A DNA stretch of 64,000 nt from Octopus sinensis. Lineage: Eukaryota. The notes beneath the pieces are model-generated. The model made no database searches. It was not told the origin of the DNA and worked only from the letters and a program-made list of their open reading frames with translations. This document shows, piece after piece, positions 12,400 to 24,705 of the stretch; positions within the stretch are counted from its first letter, which is position 1, and each line of letters starts with the position of its first letter. Both the position numbers and the translations under genes were made by a program. Where the stretch lies: assembly GCF_006345805.1 (NCBI RefSeq), contig NC_043014.1, positions 37,262,001 to 37,326,000 on the forward strand. The letters are read 5' to 3'.

Positions 12400-12553
12400 A
12401 TAATAGTTATCGCCATACTAATATGGCATTCTTATAAAAATAAGAATAAAGCTGTCCGCTTATTAGCTCCATGAGGCCACATGGAGCTAATAAGCGGACA
12501 GCTTTATTCTTATTTTTATAAGAATGCCATATTAGTATGGCGATAACTATTAT
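12400..12553. repeat. Perfect inverted repeat, 74-bp arms with 6-nt spacer (aggcca)
   Basis: 12400-12473 is the exact reverse complement of 12480-12553. Confidence 0.95.
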
Positions 12554-12554
12554 A

Positions 12555-12631
<77 letters not shown>

Positions 12632-13197
12632 AATTCTTATGCTTTCCTAATATTAATTTTAATTCTTATGCTTTCCTAAAACTTGATTTCGAAACGTACG
12701 TCCGTGGATAACTTTAAAAATGTTTGATAGATTGCGGTAATTCATTCTCTCTTACCTGTTGTGTCAGCCTTCCAATTGCTGTTTTTACTGAGATCTCCCT
12801 TTTTAGTAGAAGAAATAGTATAACCCTTGACTGCTATTTCTAAATTCGGTATGTGGTAAGGCAATTCGTTGCTGAACCCTTATTGCTTAGTATTACTTAA
12901 ATTTTCCTCAAATGAGGCTTTTACATGCCGAAGACTACTTGGTGTAATTGATAATTATTCCAAATTAATTAATTTCACCCTTCATATTACGGATAACCAT
13001 ATTTTATCTCAGTAGATGACTACAGCATTTGTTTTGGCTACACGCGGGTGGGAAGGGGCTGTTGACACAATCGTTTCATTCACAAATTTGAATTCGGTGA
13101 TCTAGTTGAGGATTCTAGCTCGCTCTGATACTGAGTTGAGTTGGTACCTCCTAGTATCTCAAAATTCAATATATATAATCATTTATGATTATAGTAT

Positions 13198-13303
13198 TCC
13201 ACGCTGAGAGAAAAAGAAGTTTCGGTAAGATAGAATTATTTAATATTTAATATTTTAATTCTTATGCTTTCTAAAACTTGATTTCGAAACGTACGTCCGT
13301 GGA
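13198..13303 (+). ncRNA. Hammerhead ribozyme, array copy 1 (core CUGAGA, 1-nt deletion)
   Basis: TCCACG..GAAACGTACGTC CGTGGA. Confidence 0.75.
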
Positions 13304-13787
13304 TAACTTTAAAAATGTTTGATAGATTGCGGTTAATTCATTCTCTCTTACCTGTTTGGGTCAGCCTTCCAATTGCTGTTTTTACTGAGATCTCCCTTTT
13401 TAGTAGAAGAAATAGCTATAACCTTTGACTGCTATTTCTAAATTCGGTATGTGGTAGGCAATTCGTTGCTGAACCCTATTGCTTAGTATTACTTAATTTT
13501 CCTCAAATGAGGCTTTTACTGCCGAAGACTACTTGGTGTAATTGATAATTATTCCAAATTAATTAATTTCACCCTTCATTATACGGATAACCATATTTTA
13601 TCTCAGTAGATGACTACAGCATCTTGTTTTGGCTACACGCGGGTGGGAAGGGGCTGTTGACACAATCGTTTCATTCACAAATTGAATTCGGTGATACTAG
13701 TTGAGGATCTAGCTCGCTCTGATATGAGTTGAGTGGTACCTCCTAGTATCTCAAAATTCAATATATAATCATTTATGATTATAGTAT

Positions 13788-13897
13788 TCCACGCTGAAGA
13801 GAAAAGAAGTTTCGGTAGTAAGATAGAATTATTTAATATTTAATATTTTAATTCTTATGCTTTCCTAAAACTTGATTTCGAAACGTACGTCCGTGGA
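13788..13897 (+). ncRNA. Hammerhead ribozyme, array copy 2 (intact core)
   Basis: TCCACG-CTGAAGA-G...C-GAAA-CGTACG-TC-CGTGGA; 6-bp stem I. Confidence 0.9.
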
Positions 13898-14379
13898 TAA
13901 CTTTAAAAATGTTTGATAGATTGCGGTTAATTCATTCTCTCTTACCTGTTGTGTCAGCCTTCCAATTGTTTTTACTGAGATCTCCCTTTTTAGTAGAAGA
14001 AATAGCTATAACCTTTGACTGCTATTTCTAAATTCGGTATGTGGTAAGGCAATTCGTTGCTGAACCCTTATTGCTTAGTATTACTTAAATTTTCCTCAAA
14101 TGAGGCTTTTACCTGCCGAAGACTACTTGTGTAATTGATAATTATTCCAAATTAATTAATTTCACCTTCATAACGGATAACCATATTTTATCTCAGTAGA
14201 TGACTACAGCATCTTGTTTTGGCTACACGCGGGTGGGAAGGGGCTGTGACACAATCGTTCATTCACAAATTTGAATTCGGTGATACTAGTTGAGGATTCT
14301 AGCTCGCTATGATACTGAGTTGAGTTGGTACCTCCTAGTATCTCAAAATTCAATATATAATCATTTATGATTATAGTAT

Positions 14380-14484
14380 TCCACGCTGAAGAGAAAAGAA
14401 GTTTCGGTAAGATAGAATTATTTAATATAATATTTTAATTCTTATGCTTTCCTAAAACTTGATTTCGAAACGTACGTCCGTGGA
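14380..14484 (+). ncRNA. Hammerhead ribozyme, array copy 3 (intact core)
   Basis: Same motif. Confidence 0.9.
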
Positions 14485-14975
14485 TAACTTTAAAAATGTT
14501 TGATAGATTGCGGTTAATTCATTCTCTCTTACCTGTTTGTGTCAGCCTTCCAATTGCTGTTTTTACTGAGATCTCCCTTTTAGTAGAAGAAATAGCTATA
14601 ACCCTTTGACTGCTATTTCTAAATTCGGTATGTGGTAAGGCAATTCGTTGCTGAACCCTTATTGCTTAGTATTACTTAAATTTTCCTCAAATGAGGCTTT
14701 TACATGCCGAAGACTACGTGGTGTAATGATAATTATTCAAATTAATTAATTTCACCCTTCATTATTACGGATAACCATATTTTATCTCAGTAGATGACTA
14801 CAGCATCTTGTTTTGGCTACACGCGGGTGGGAAGGGGCTGTTGACACAATCGTTTCATTCACAAATTTGAATTCGGTGATACTAGTTGAGGATTCTAGCT
14901 CGCTCTGATACTGAGTTGAGTTGGTACCTCCTAGTATCTCAAAATTCAATATATAATCATTTATGATTATAGTAT

Positions 14976-15082
14976 TCCACGCTGAAGAGAAAAGAAGTTT
15001 CGGTAAGATAGAATTATTTAATATTTAATATTTTAATTCTTATGCTTTCCTAAAACTTGATTTCGAAAAGTACGTCCGTGGA
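14976..15082 (+). ncRNA. Hammerhead ribozyme, array copy 4 (GAAAA instead of GAAAC)
   Basis: Same motif with C15.2>A. Confidence 0.75.
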
Positions 15083-15567
15083 TAACTTTAAAAATGTTGA
15101 TAGATTGCGGTTAATCATTCTCTTACCTGTGTTGTGTCAGCCTTCCAATTGCTTTTTTACTGAGATCTCCCTTTTTAGTAGAAGAAATAGCTATAACCCT
15201 TGACTGCTATTTCTAAATTCGGTATGTGGTAAGGCAATTCGTTGCTGAACCCTTATTGCTTAGTATTACTTAAATTTTCCTCAAATGAGGCTTTTACATG
15301 CCGAAGACTACTTGGTGTAATTGATAATTATTCCAAATTAATTAATTTCACCCTTCATTATTACGGATAACCATATTTTATCTCAGTAGATGACTACAGC
15401 ATCGGTTTGGCTACACGCGGGTGGGAAGGGGCTGTTGACACAATCGTTTCTTCACAAATTGAATTCGGTGATACTAGTTGAGGATTCTAGCTCGCTCTGA
15501 TACTGAGTTGAGTTGGTACCTCCTAGTATCTCAAAATTCAATATATAATCATTTATGATTATAGTAT

Positions 15568-15672
15568 TCCACGCTGAAGAGAAAAGAAGTTTCGGTAAGA
15601 TAGATTATTTAATATTTAATATTTTAATTCTTATGCTTCCTAAAACTTGATTTCGAAACGTACGTCCGTGGA
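15568..15672 (+). ncRNA. Hammerhead ribozyme, array copy 5 (intact core)
   Basis: Same motif. Confidence 0.9.
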
Positions 15673-16161
15673 TAACTTTAAAAATGTTTGATAGATTGCG
15701 GTTAATTCATTCTCTCTTACCTGTTTGTGTCAGCCTTCCAATTGCTGTTTTACTGAGATCTCCCTTTTTAGTAGAAGAAATAGCTATAACCCTTTGACTG
15801 CTATTTCTAATTCGGTATGTGGTAAGGCAATCGTTGCTGAACCCTTATTGCTTAGTATTACTTAAATTTTCCTCAAATGAGGCTTTTACATGCCGAAAAG
15901 ACTACTTGGTGTAATTGATAATTATTCAAATTAATTAATTTCACCCTTCATTATTACGGATAACCATATTTTATCTCAGTAGATGACTACAGCATCTTGT
16001 TTTGGCTACACGCGGGTGGGAAGGGGCTGTTGACACAATCGTTTCATTCACAAATTTGAATTCGGTGATACTAGTTGAGGATTCTAGCTCGCTCTGATAC
16101 TGAGTGAGTTGGTACCTCCTAGTATCTCAAAATTCATATATAATCATTATGATTATAGTAT

Positions 16162-16269
16162 TCCACGATGAAGAGAAAAGAAGTTTCGGTAAGATAGAAT
16201 TATTTTTAATATTTATATTTTAATTCTTATGCTTTCCTAAAACTTGATTTCGAAACGTACGTCCGTGGA
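16162..16269 (+). ncRNA. Hammerhead ribozyme, array copy 6 (core AUGAAGA, C3>A)
   Basis: Same motif with one core substitution. Confidence 0.75.
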
Positions 16270-16763
16270 TAACTTTAAAAATGTTTGATAGATTGCGGTC
16301 AATTCATTCTCTCTTACCTGTTGTGTCAGCCTTCCAATTGCTGTTTTTACTGAGATCTCCCTTTTTAGTAGAAGTAGAATAATAGCTATAACCCTTTGAC
16401 TGCTATTTCTAAATTCGGTATGTGGTAAGGCAATTCGTTGCTGAACCCTTATTGCTTAGTATTACTTAAATTTTCCTCAAATGAGGCTTTTACATGCCGA
16501 AGACTACTTGGTGTAATTGATAATTATTCCAAATTAATTAATTTCACCCTTCATTATTACGGAATAACCATATTTTATCTCAGTAGATGACTACAGCATC
16601 TTTGGCTACACGCGGGTGGGAAGGGGCTGTTGACACAATCGTTTCATTCACAATTTGAATCGGTGATACTAGTTGAGGATTCTAGCTCGCTCTGATACTG
16701 AGTTGAGTTGGTACCTCCTAGGTATCTCAAAATTCAATATATAATCATTTATGATTATAGTAT

Positions 16764-16870
16764 TCCACGCTGAAGAGAAAAGAAGTTTCGGTAAGATAGA
16801 ATTATTTAATATTTAATATTTTAATTCTTATGCTTTCCTAAAACTTGATTTCGAAACGTACGTCCGTGGA
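16764..16870 (+). ncRNA. Hammerhead ribozyme, array copy 7 (intact core)
   Basis: Same motif; stem II insert 16777-16852 (76 nt). Confidence 0.9.
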
Positions 16871-17359
16871 TAACTTTAAAAATGTTTGATAGATTGCGGT
16901 TAATTCATTCTCTCTTACCTGTTGTGTCAGCCTTCCAATTGCTGGTTTTACTGAGATCTCCCTTTTTAGTAGAAGAAATAGCTAAACCTTTGACTGCTGC
17001 TATTCTAAATTCGGTATGTGGTAAGGCAATTCGTTGCTGAACCCTTATTGCTTAGTATTACTTAAATTTTCCTCAAATGAGGCTTTTACATGCCGAAGAC
17101 TACTTTGTGTAATTGATAATTATTCCAAATTAATTAATTTCACCCTTCATTATTACGGATAACATATTTTATCTCAGTAGATGACTACAGCATCTTGTTG
17201 GCTACACGCGGGTGGGAAGGGGCTGTTGACACAATCGTTTCATTCACAAATTGAATTCGGTGATACTAGTTGAGGATTCTAGCTCGCTCTGATACTGAGT
17301 TGAGTTGGTACCTCCTAGGATCTCCAAAATTCAATATATAATCATTATGATTATAGTAT

Positions 17360-17462
17360 TCCACGCTGAAGAGAAAAGAAGTTTCGGTAAGATAGAATTA
17401 TTAATATTAATATTTTAATCTTATGCTTCCTAAAACTTGATTTCGAAACGTACGTCCGTGGA
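17360..17462 (+). ncRNA. Hammerhead ribozyme, array copy 8 (intact core)
   Basis: Same motif. Confidence 0.9.
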
Positions 17463-17957
17463 TAACTTTAAAAATGTTTGATAGATTGCGGTTAATTCAT
17501 TCTCTCTTACCTGTTTGTGTCAGCCTTCCAATTGCGTTTTTACTGAGATCTCCCTTTTTAGTAGAAGAAATAGCTATAACCCTTGACTGCTATTTCTAAA
17601 TTCGTATGTGGTAAGGCAATTCGTTGCTGAACCCTTATGCTTAGTATTACTTAAATTTTCCTCAAATGAGGCTTTTACATGCCGAAGACTACGTGGTGTA
17701 ATTGATAATTATTCCAAATTAATTAATTTCACCCTTCATTATTACGGATAACCATATTTTATCTCAGTAGATGACTACAGCATCTTGTTTTGGCTACACG
17801 GGGTGGGAAGGGGCTGTTGACACAATCGTTTCATTCACAAATTTGAATTCGGTGATACTAGTTGAGGATTCTAGCTCGCTCTGCTTCTGAGTACTGAGTT
17901 GAGTTGGTACCTCTAGTATCTCAAAATTCAATATATAATCATTTATGATTATAGTAT

Positions 17958-18063
17958 TCCACGCTGAGAGAAAAGAAGTTTCGGTAAGATAGAATTATTT
18001 AATATTTAATATTTTAATTCTTATGCTTTCCTAAAACTTGATTTCGAAACGTACGTCCGTGGA
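17958..18063 (+). ncRNA. Hammerhead ribozyme, array copy 9 (core CUGAGA, 1-nt deletion)
   Basis: Same motif. Confidence 0.75.
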
Positions 18064-18246
18064 TAACTTTAAAAATGTTGCGAGATTGCGGTTAATTATT
18101 CTCTCTTACCTGTTTGTGTCAGCCTTCCAATTGCTGTTTTTACTGAGATCTCCCTTTTAGTAGAAGAAATAGCTATAACCCTTTGACTGCTATTTCTAAA
18201 TTCGGTATGTGGTAAGGCAATTCGTTGCTGAACCCTTATTGCTTAG

Positions 18247-18283
<37 letters not shown>

Positions 18284-20009
18284 CATACTCACACATGTGT
18301 ACACACACACACATATATATATATACATATGTAAACATACACACATATATGTGCCGAAGCACACATCCTTATGTTCATGTACACATCTCTATACACACAT
18401 GCACATACATATGCAGATACACAAGACGGTGCATATAAATACATATACATACGTAGTCAACATCATCCTCGCATATATATATAGACGTTTATACAAATAA
18501 AACACATACACAAAACATAAACCATAAACACATTCACATTTGCCGTAAAAACTTGAATATTCCCATGAGTTATGGATGTATATGGGTGCATATATATATA
18601 TAGTATATATATATAATATATATATATATACACAAATATACCCTCCTGTCTGTCAAACACACCTACACTTGCAGATACAGAAGCATATATACGTACATAC
18701 ATGTATGAAGGAAGGAGACAAGTACAACAGATACAGTTTTACACTTGTATATATACATACATTCGTACACATGTACACATGCACACACATACACATCTGG
18801 TACATGCTTATATATACAAATACTACACGCATATACAGTCACACAATTATAAAAGGTGGGGAAAATAATATACAGAAAATATATGTAAAGAAAATAAAAG
18901 AAATGTTAAGACATATGAAAGGCTTGTATGTGGACGTTATATAAAAAGCATGTTCTATCTGTATATATATTTTCCCCTGATTCAGGTCTAATGACCCTCC
19001 ATATTTGTTTTAATTCGCTTTCTACTATATGTCTCCATTGTCCTGTTTTTGTCTCCTACCTTTGACTCTCCATAAATTCTAAATTTGATTATGTTATTAA
19101 TGGGAGCAACAGTCTTTGAAGACTCATATTGTCATTGATTGCTCGAACACTCATTTGTTTTTGTATTTCATGTTGTTTACTGTTGGTGACATCCTGTACC
19201 CATGTATGCATATATATATATATATCTTATTTATATTATTATAACATATATATATGTATAGGCCATATGTGTATCAGCCAGTGTCACTACACAATGTTTA
19301 TACAATAAATATGCTGAGTAAAATGTACATGTGTATTAATATGTTATTAATAATTAATTATAGTAACAATAATAACTAGCAGGTCCCGTGAATATTTCAC
19401 AGAATCAACAGTTAACTTAATGTCTTATTTCTGAAAGCTTTATCCAAAAAATCTGAAAGCATAGCCTGTGTTGTGTCTATATTAAAAGATAATCACTTGT
19501 CTGCTAATCATTGAAAAGTGAAGGAAATTGGAATACGATGATTACTTAATGCACTTTATACATACACTTCTATATATTCATGCCCAATCTTATAGATGTG
19601 ATACACAGCACTTGCCCTCTTTCTCTCTCACTCTTTGCCTTACCCTCTTTTACGGACTCCTTTTTCTTTCACGCCTTGCCTTTCCCTTCAACTAATCACG
19701 TGAAAGTATCACAGACAAGTTAAGTAACAGAAAGAACTTACTTCAAAGATAAAATATTACACATTTCACTCCCCTCCCATCACTATCCACTCCATCCCCA
19801 TCACCATCTCCCTCCTTCAACTAATCGTGTATAAACATTATGGACAGGTTAAATAAGGGAGAAACAAGCAGAGTTATTATAAGATAATAGTAAATAAATT
19901 ACCAGGAAAAATGTGAGCACGAAAAGTCATATTCTGAAGATAATAAACCTGGAAAAGTACAGGACAAGTTATTACACCTGGAAAAGTATAGAACAAGCTA
20001 CCTACCATA

Positions 20010-20385
20010 CTCTGAGTGCCTTGTTTCCCTGGGCATGGATTCACTGAAGCTCCGGCATCTGGCAATGGACTTGGTAAACACCCACAAAGTTATCAACCAC
20101 CTCACCAACAACAACACTGAACACCTTTTTGATCTTCATGTGTCTAACACACGTGGACATGCCTACAAAGTCAGAAAACAACACAGTTCCCATGACTTTC
20201 GGAAACATTTTTTCACGCTCAGAGTTGCTGAAGCACGGAATAAACTGCCTGCGTCAGTTGTTGACTGTCATGACACTGCATCCTTTAAGGCCCTCATGCT
20301 TTCCGAAATCCGCCGAAACTACACCTGATTATACATACACTTTAGATGAGTTGTAGTGCACCTGAGCACTGTACACAATATTTTT
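20010..20385 (+). mobile_element. CR1/L2-group LINE 3' fragment
   Basis: ORF 20035-20328 has TRGHAYK..FRKHFFTLRV...NKLP, the usual ORF2 C-terminus; (ATT)n tail follows. Confidence 0.85.
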
Positions 20386-20939
20386 TTTTTATTATTTTTT
20401 TATTATTATTATTACTCTACTAAGGTAAAGAATAAGAAACTTTTTACTTAAAATATTGCAGCAAAGAATGCCAGTCCTTCTAATTTATCACTCTTTACAG
20501 TTCTCATCTTTTAAATTTATTGTACAAAACTTTTCAGCTAATTTATAAGTTTGTCAAATTAGTAACTTTTTTCTGGATTTAAGGTAGTAAATTAGCAAAA
20601 TCCTATTTCAATAAGTATAGTGTTATTTGTAAACTATAATAAAATAAGTTTTAATATTCAAATTTTAATTTTAGCTGCAATATTTTAAGTAAAAATTTAC
20701 TTATTCTTTACTTTACTAGAAGTAATAACTTCTCCTAAACTTTTACAGGTGTAATAACTTGTCCTGTACTTTCCAGGTTTATAATCTTAAGAATATGACT
20801 TTTCATGCTCACATTTTCCCATGTAATCCATGATTTTTCCAGGCATTGCTGTTATAAGATAATTAAAAATGTGTCACTTGATAATTTAAGATTTTACCCT
20901 ATAAAATACTAAAAGATAATATTTCAATTTTTTTCATGC

Positions 20940-23040
20940 TTAATTTGAGGTCACATTATAATTTAATGTAACTTTTTTTCTACTGAACCAAGTCTCAAAC
21001 TATTTATGCCAAACTATAGCTGAGGAGGTGACCTCTTTAAAACTATTAACAGTTTGCAATTTAGTTGAGAACTGAATTAGTGGTGAAGCTTGGAAGCTGC
21101 TGTGTTTGATGAAATGATGGACTTGAGAATATATTCAGCCAGTACTGTGGTTGAATGATATTAGAACTTCTTGGAAGCTCACTCAAATTGCTGGCCTACA
21201 TACATTATTCACATCATTTCTTATTATTGATCTCGTCTTTTGTTCTTAATTTCATTATACTTTTACCTGGAAGTCTGCCACAAAAGGCAACAAAATAACC
21301 AGTAAAATCATATGTTTACCAAACGTTTATGAAAAATCTGTATGTGATGGGCAAAGATTAAAACCATTATTGAAATCAGTATGAAAAATGGTTCAGTATC
21401 ACCTATAAGTAGACAATCATAATTTATTTCATTTAAAATTGCAGACTTGTGTAATCACAGATATTTATAAATAATTGTGTTTGTATGTGTGTCTGTAAAT
21501 GTTTAAAATATTTTTTCTTAGTGAAAACAATGCAATTTATAAATTTCAATAACACAGGTTGATGGTTACTTACGATAAATATTCGCCCCATGAATCGAGT
21601 CTTTCTTATGCATACCTATGGAGAAAAAGAAGTGATATATACATATATATATATAGTGTATATATAGATAAATATATACTCATACATAGAGACATGCACA
21701 CACATGTGTGTGTTTGTGCATTCATATGTATAGGCCACATGTATATCAGCCAGTATCTTTTCTCTTTGTATAATGTTTAAAAAGAAATATGTTGATGAAA
21801 ATATACATGTGTATTAATATGGCATTAATAATTAATTAGAATAATAATTTCTACATTTATGAATTTGTGTTGCAAGATTCCTTGTGTGAAACCATGTGTT
21901 GAAAGATATTGCTGTATATGGGGATGGTCATACTTTTTTCGTTTTTTGCCAAATAGATACGTGCACTATATATTCTTCTTCACCCATTTATTACTGTTCT
22001 TACTCTAACTCAAGTCCAACATCCAACATACAGCAGCACTTACTGTATTTGTGTGTGCTCTGCTTATTCCATTCTAAAACCTCTTCAGTGACACTTTCCG
22101 TATTCGTGTGTGCTCTTGCTCTGCTTATTCCATTCTGTTCTTCTATCGTGGGTCACATATGATGGGTCACATCATAGAAGAACAGAATGGAATAAACAGA
22201 ACAAGAGCACACACAAATAAGGAAAGTGTTCTTGAAGAGGTTAGTTACAGATGTATGACGAAAGCTTTCTGGACGTTGAATGTTAGTTAAAATAGCAAGA
22301 GTAATAAACAAGTGAAGAGCAAATATATAATGCATGTGTGTATATGGCCAAAAAACGAAAATAATGACCTCCCAAAATACAATATAACAATAATAATAAT
22401 TGAATACTATGACTTGTTCTTGTAAGCTCACTTAACTGTGTAGCCTACATACATTATCCACATCATTTTTATTATTGTTCTTAAATTCATCATTCTTTTA
22501 CCTAAAGGTCTGCCACAGAAGGCAATGAATGACAAGAAAAATCATCATAGCATCCATTTATGGAGAATCTGACTGTGATAGGAGAAAACTGAAGACATAC
22601 TTGAAATTAGCATAAAAAATAGCTCCGAATCACGGAATCACATATAAGCAATCAGCACTTATTTGATTTAGAAGTACAGACTTGTATAATCATAGATATA
22701 TATATATATATATATATCAATAATTGTGTGTGTGTGTGTGTGTGTGCGTGCGTGCATGTGTGTGTGTGCAAGTGTTTGTATGTATATATATGTGTGTGTA
22801 TACATTTAAGTGTGTATGTGTGTGTGTGTATGTATATATATATATATATAGATAGATATAGATATATATGAAAAAATTTTCCAATCTTCTGTGTTGTGAG
22901 GACAAGAAACTTGTGTTTCAAATTGTAAGACAGTGTCTGAGAGAAAATTGTGATGTCATTGGAGAGAATGTGTCCACATGGATGATGGCTCACTTGCATT
23001 CAATGATGCTGCAAAAGAGAGACTGGGAGATGCCACTATG
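20940..23040. repeat. Local segmental duplication, copy 1 (lacks the RTE and hAT insertions)
   Basis: Aligns by eye to 25530-26221, 29810-31075 and 32807-33110. Confidence 0.85.
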
Positions 23041-23089
23041 TAAGGTTGATTTAGAAGTACAGACTTGTGTAATCATATATATTATATAT

Positions 23090-23137
<48 letters not shown>

Positions 23138-23329
23138 TATATACATATATATATATATATATTATATATATATATTTAGTGAACTTCAATTATCCGCGCT
23201 AAGGCACGGTTGCGACACCCCAAGGTCGTAACTTCAACCGTGTTTTTTCTGTTGTGATTTTTGCTACCCAGGTATCGGTTAAATTTTGAATAATCCTTAA
23301 CAAGATAATTCATTTATCCATTTCAATAA

Positions 23330-23360
<31 letters not shown>

Positions 23361-23389
23361 ACATATATATAATATATATATACACACAC

Positions 23390-23420
<31 letters not shown>

Positions 23421-23484
23421 TATATATATATATAATATATAATATATATATACACACACACATATATTATATATATATACATAT

Positions 23485-23516
<32 letters not shown>

Positions 23517-23560
23517 TATACATATATATATATATACATACCACACACACACACATATAT

Positions 23561-23592
<32 letters not shown>

Positions 23593-23738
23593 ATACACAC
23601 ACACACACACATATAAATATATATATATATATACATTATATATATATATATAATACACACACACACACACATATTATATATATATATAACATATATATAT
23701 ATATACATATACGCACACACACACACATATATATATAC

Positions 23739-23771
<33 letters not shown>

Positions 23772-23828
23772 CATATATATAATATATACATATATATATA
23801 TATATATACATATATAACATATATATAC

Positions 23829-23861
<33 letters not shown>

Positions 23862-23962
23862 ACATATATATACATATATACATATATAACATATATACAT
23901 ATATACATATATATACATATATACATATATATATACATATATACATATATATACATATATAC

Positions 23963-24017
<55 letters not shown>

Positions 24018-24100
24018 ACATATATATATATATATAAATAATTATGTGTTTGTGTGTGTGTGTATATATATATATGTATATATATATAGATATATATGAA
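23090..24100. repeat. Long (TA)n/(CA)n microsatellite tract
   Basis: Directly visible. Confidence 0.95.
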
Positions 24101-24435
24101 AAAATTTGCAGCATATTAATAGGTCAGAGTAATTGATTCCATGAAAAAATTAAATTTTTTGTTTTTTCTTAGTGAAAATCATGTGGGTGTTAATATAGAA
24201 ATTGACTATAATATTGTTGTTTTTAGCCTCAAATAACCCTGATACAGCAAACCTATCATCAAAGACATTCCACCCTTCAGCAAACCATCTTTTTAGGGAT
24301 AATCTAAGACATTACATACATGTGATACTTTGGCTGTATATTTTAGCATGTCAAGCGACCAGGTAGAGGCCATTTCATTCGTTCGATTGTGTGATGAGAC
24401 TTTTTTACACAAATATGTAATATGTATATATATAT

Positions 24436-24705
24436 ATCATCATCATCACCATCATTTAACGTCCGCTTTCCATGCTAGCATGGGTTGGACGGTTCAACTG
24501 GGGTCTGGGGAGCCCGAAGGCTGCACCAAGCCAGTCAGATCTGGCAGTGTTTCTACAGCTGGATGCCCTTCCTAACGCCAACCACTCCGAGAGTGTAGTG
24601 GGTGATTTTATGTGCCACCGACACAGGTGCCAGACGAGGCTGGCGAACGGCCATGCTCGGATGGTGTTTTTTATGTGCCACCGACACAGGTGCCAGACGA
24701 GGCTA
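24436..24705 (-). mobile_element. RTE LINE 3' tail fragment with (TGA)n end
   Basis: Matches the 3' end of the RTE at 26222. Confidence 0.85.

Larger units (their letters stand above)
12626..18250 (+). mobile_element. Tandem array of ~595-bp non-coding units with a hammerhead at each junction (non-LTR retrozyme-like); about 9.4 units between (TA)n tracts
   Basis: Predicted cleavage sites (GUC) at 12702, 13297, 13891, 14478, 15076, 15666, 16263, 16864, 17456 and 18057; spacing 587-601 nt; no ORF of 60 aa or more within the array. Confidence 0.93.

Noticed and set aside
12626-18250. Array as CRISPR, rDNA/5S or protein-coding tandem genes
   Set aside because: Whole ~595-bp units repeat with no unique spacers, there are no rRNA motifs and no ORFs, and the context is eukaryotic.
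12626-18250. Unit-to-unit differences (including broken cores in copies 1, 4, 6 and 9) as biological variation
   Set aside because: They are mostly 1-3-nt indels in homopolymers, typical of unpolished long-read consensus in repeats; they cannot be interpreted without reads.
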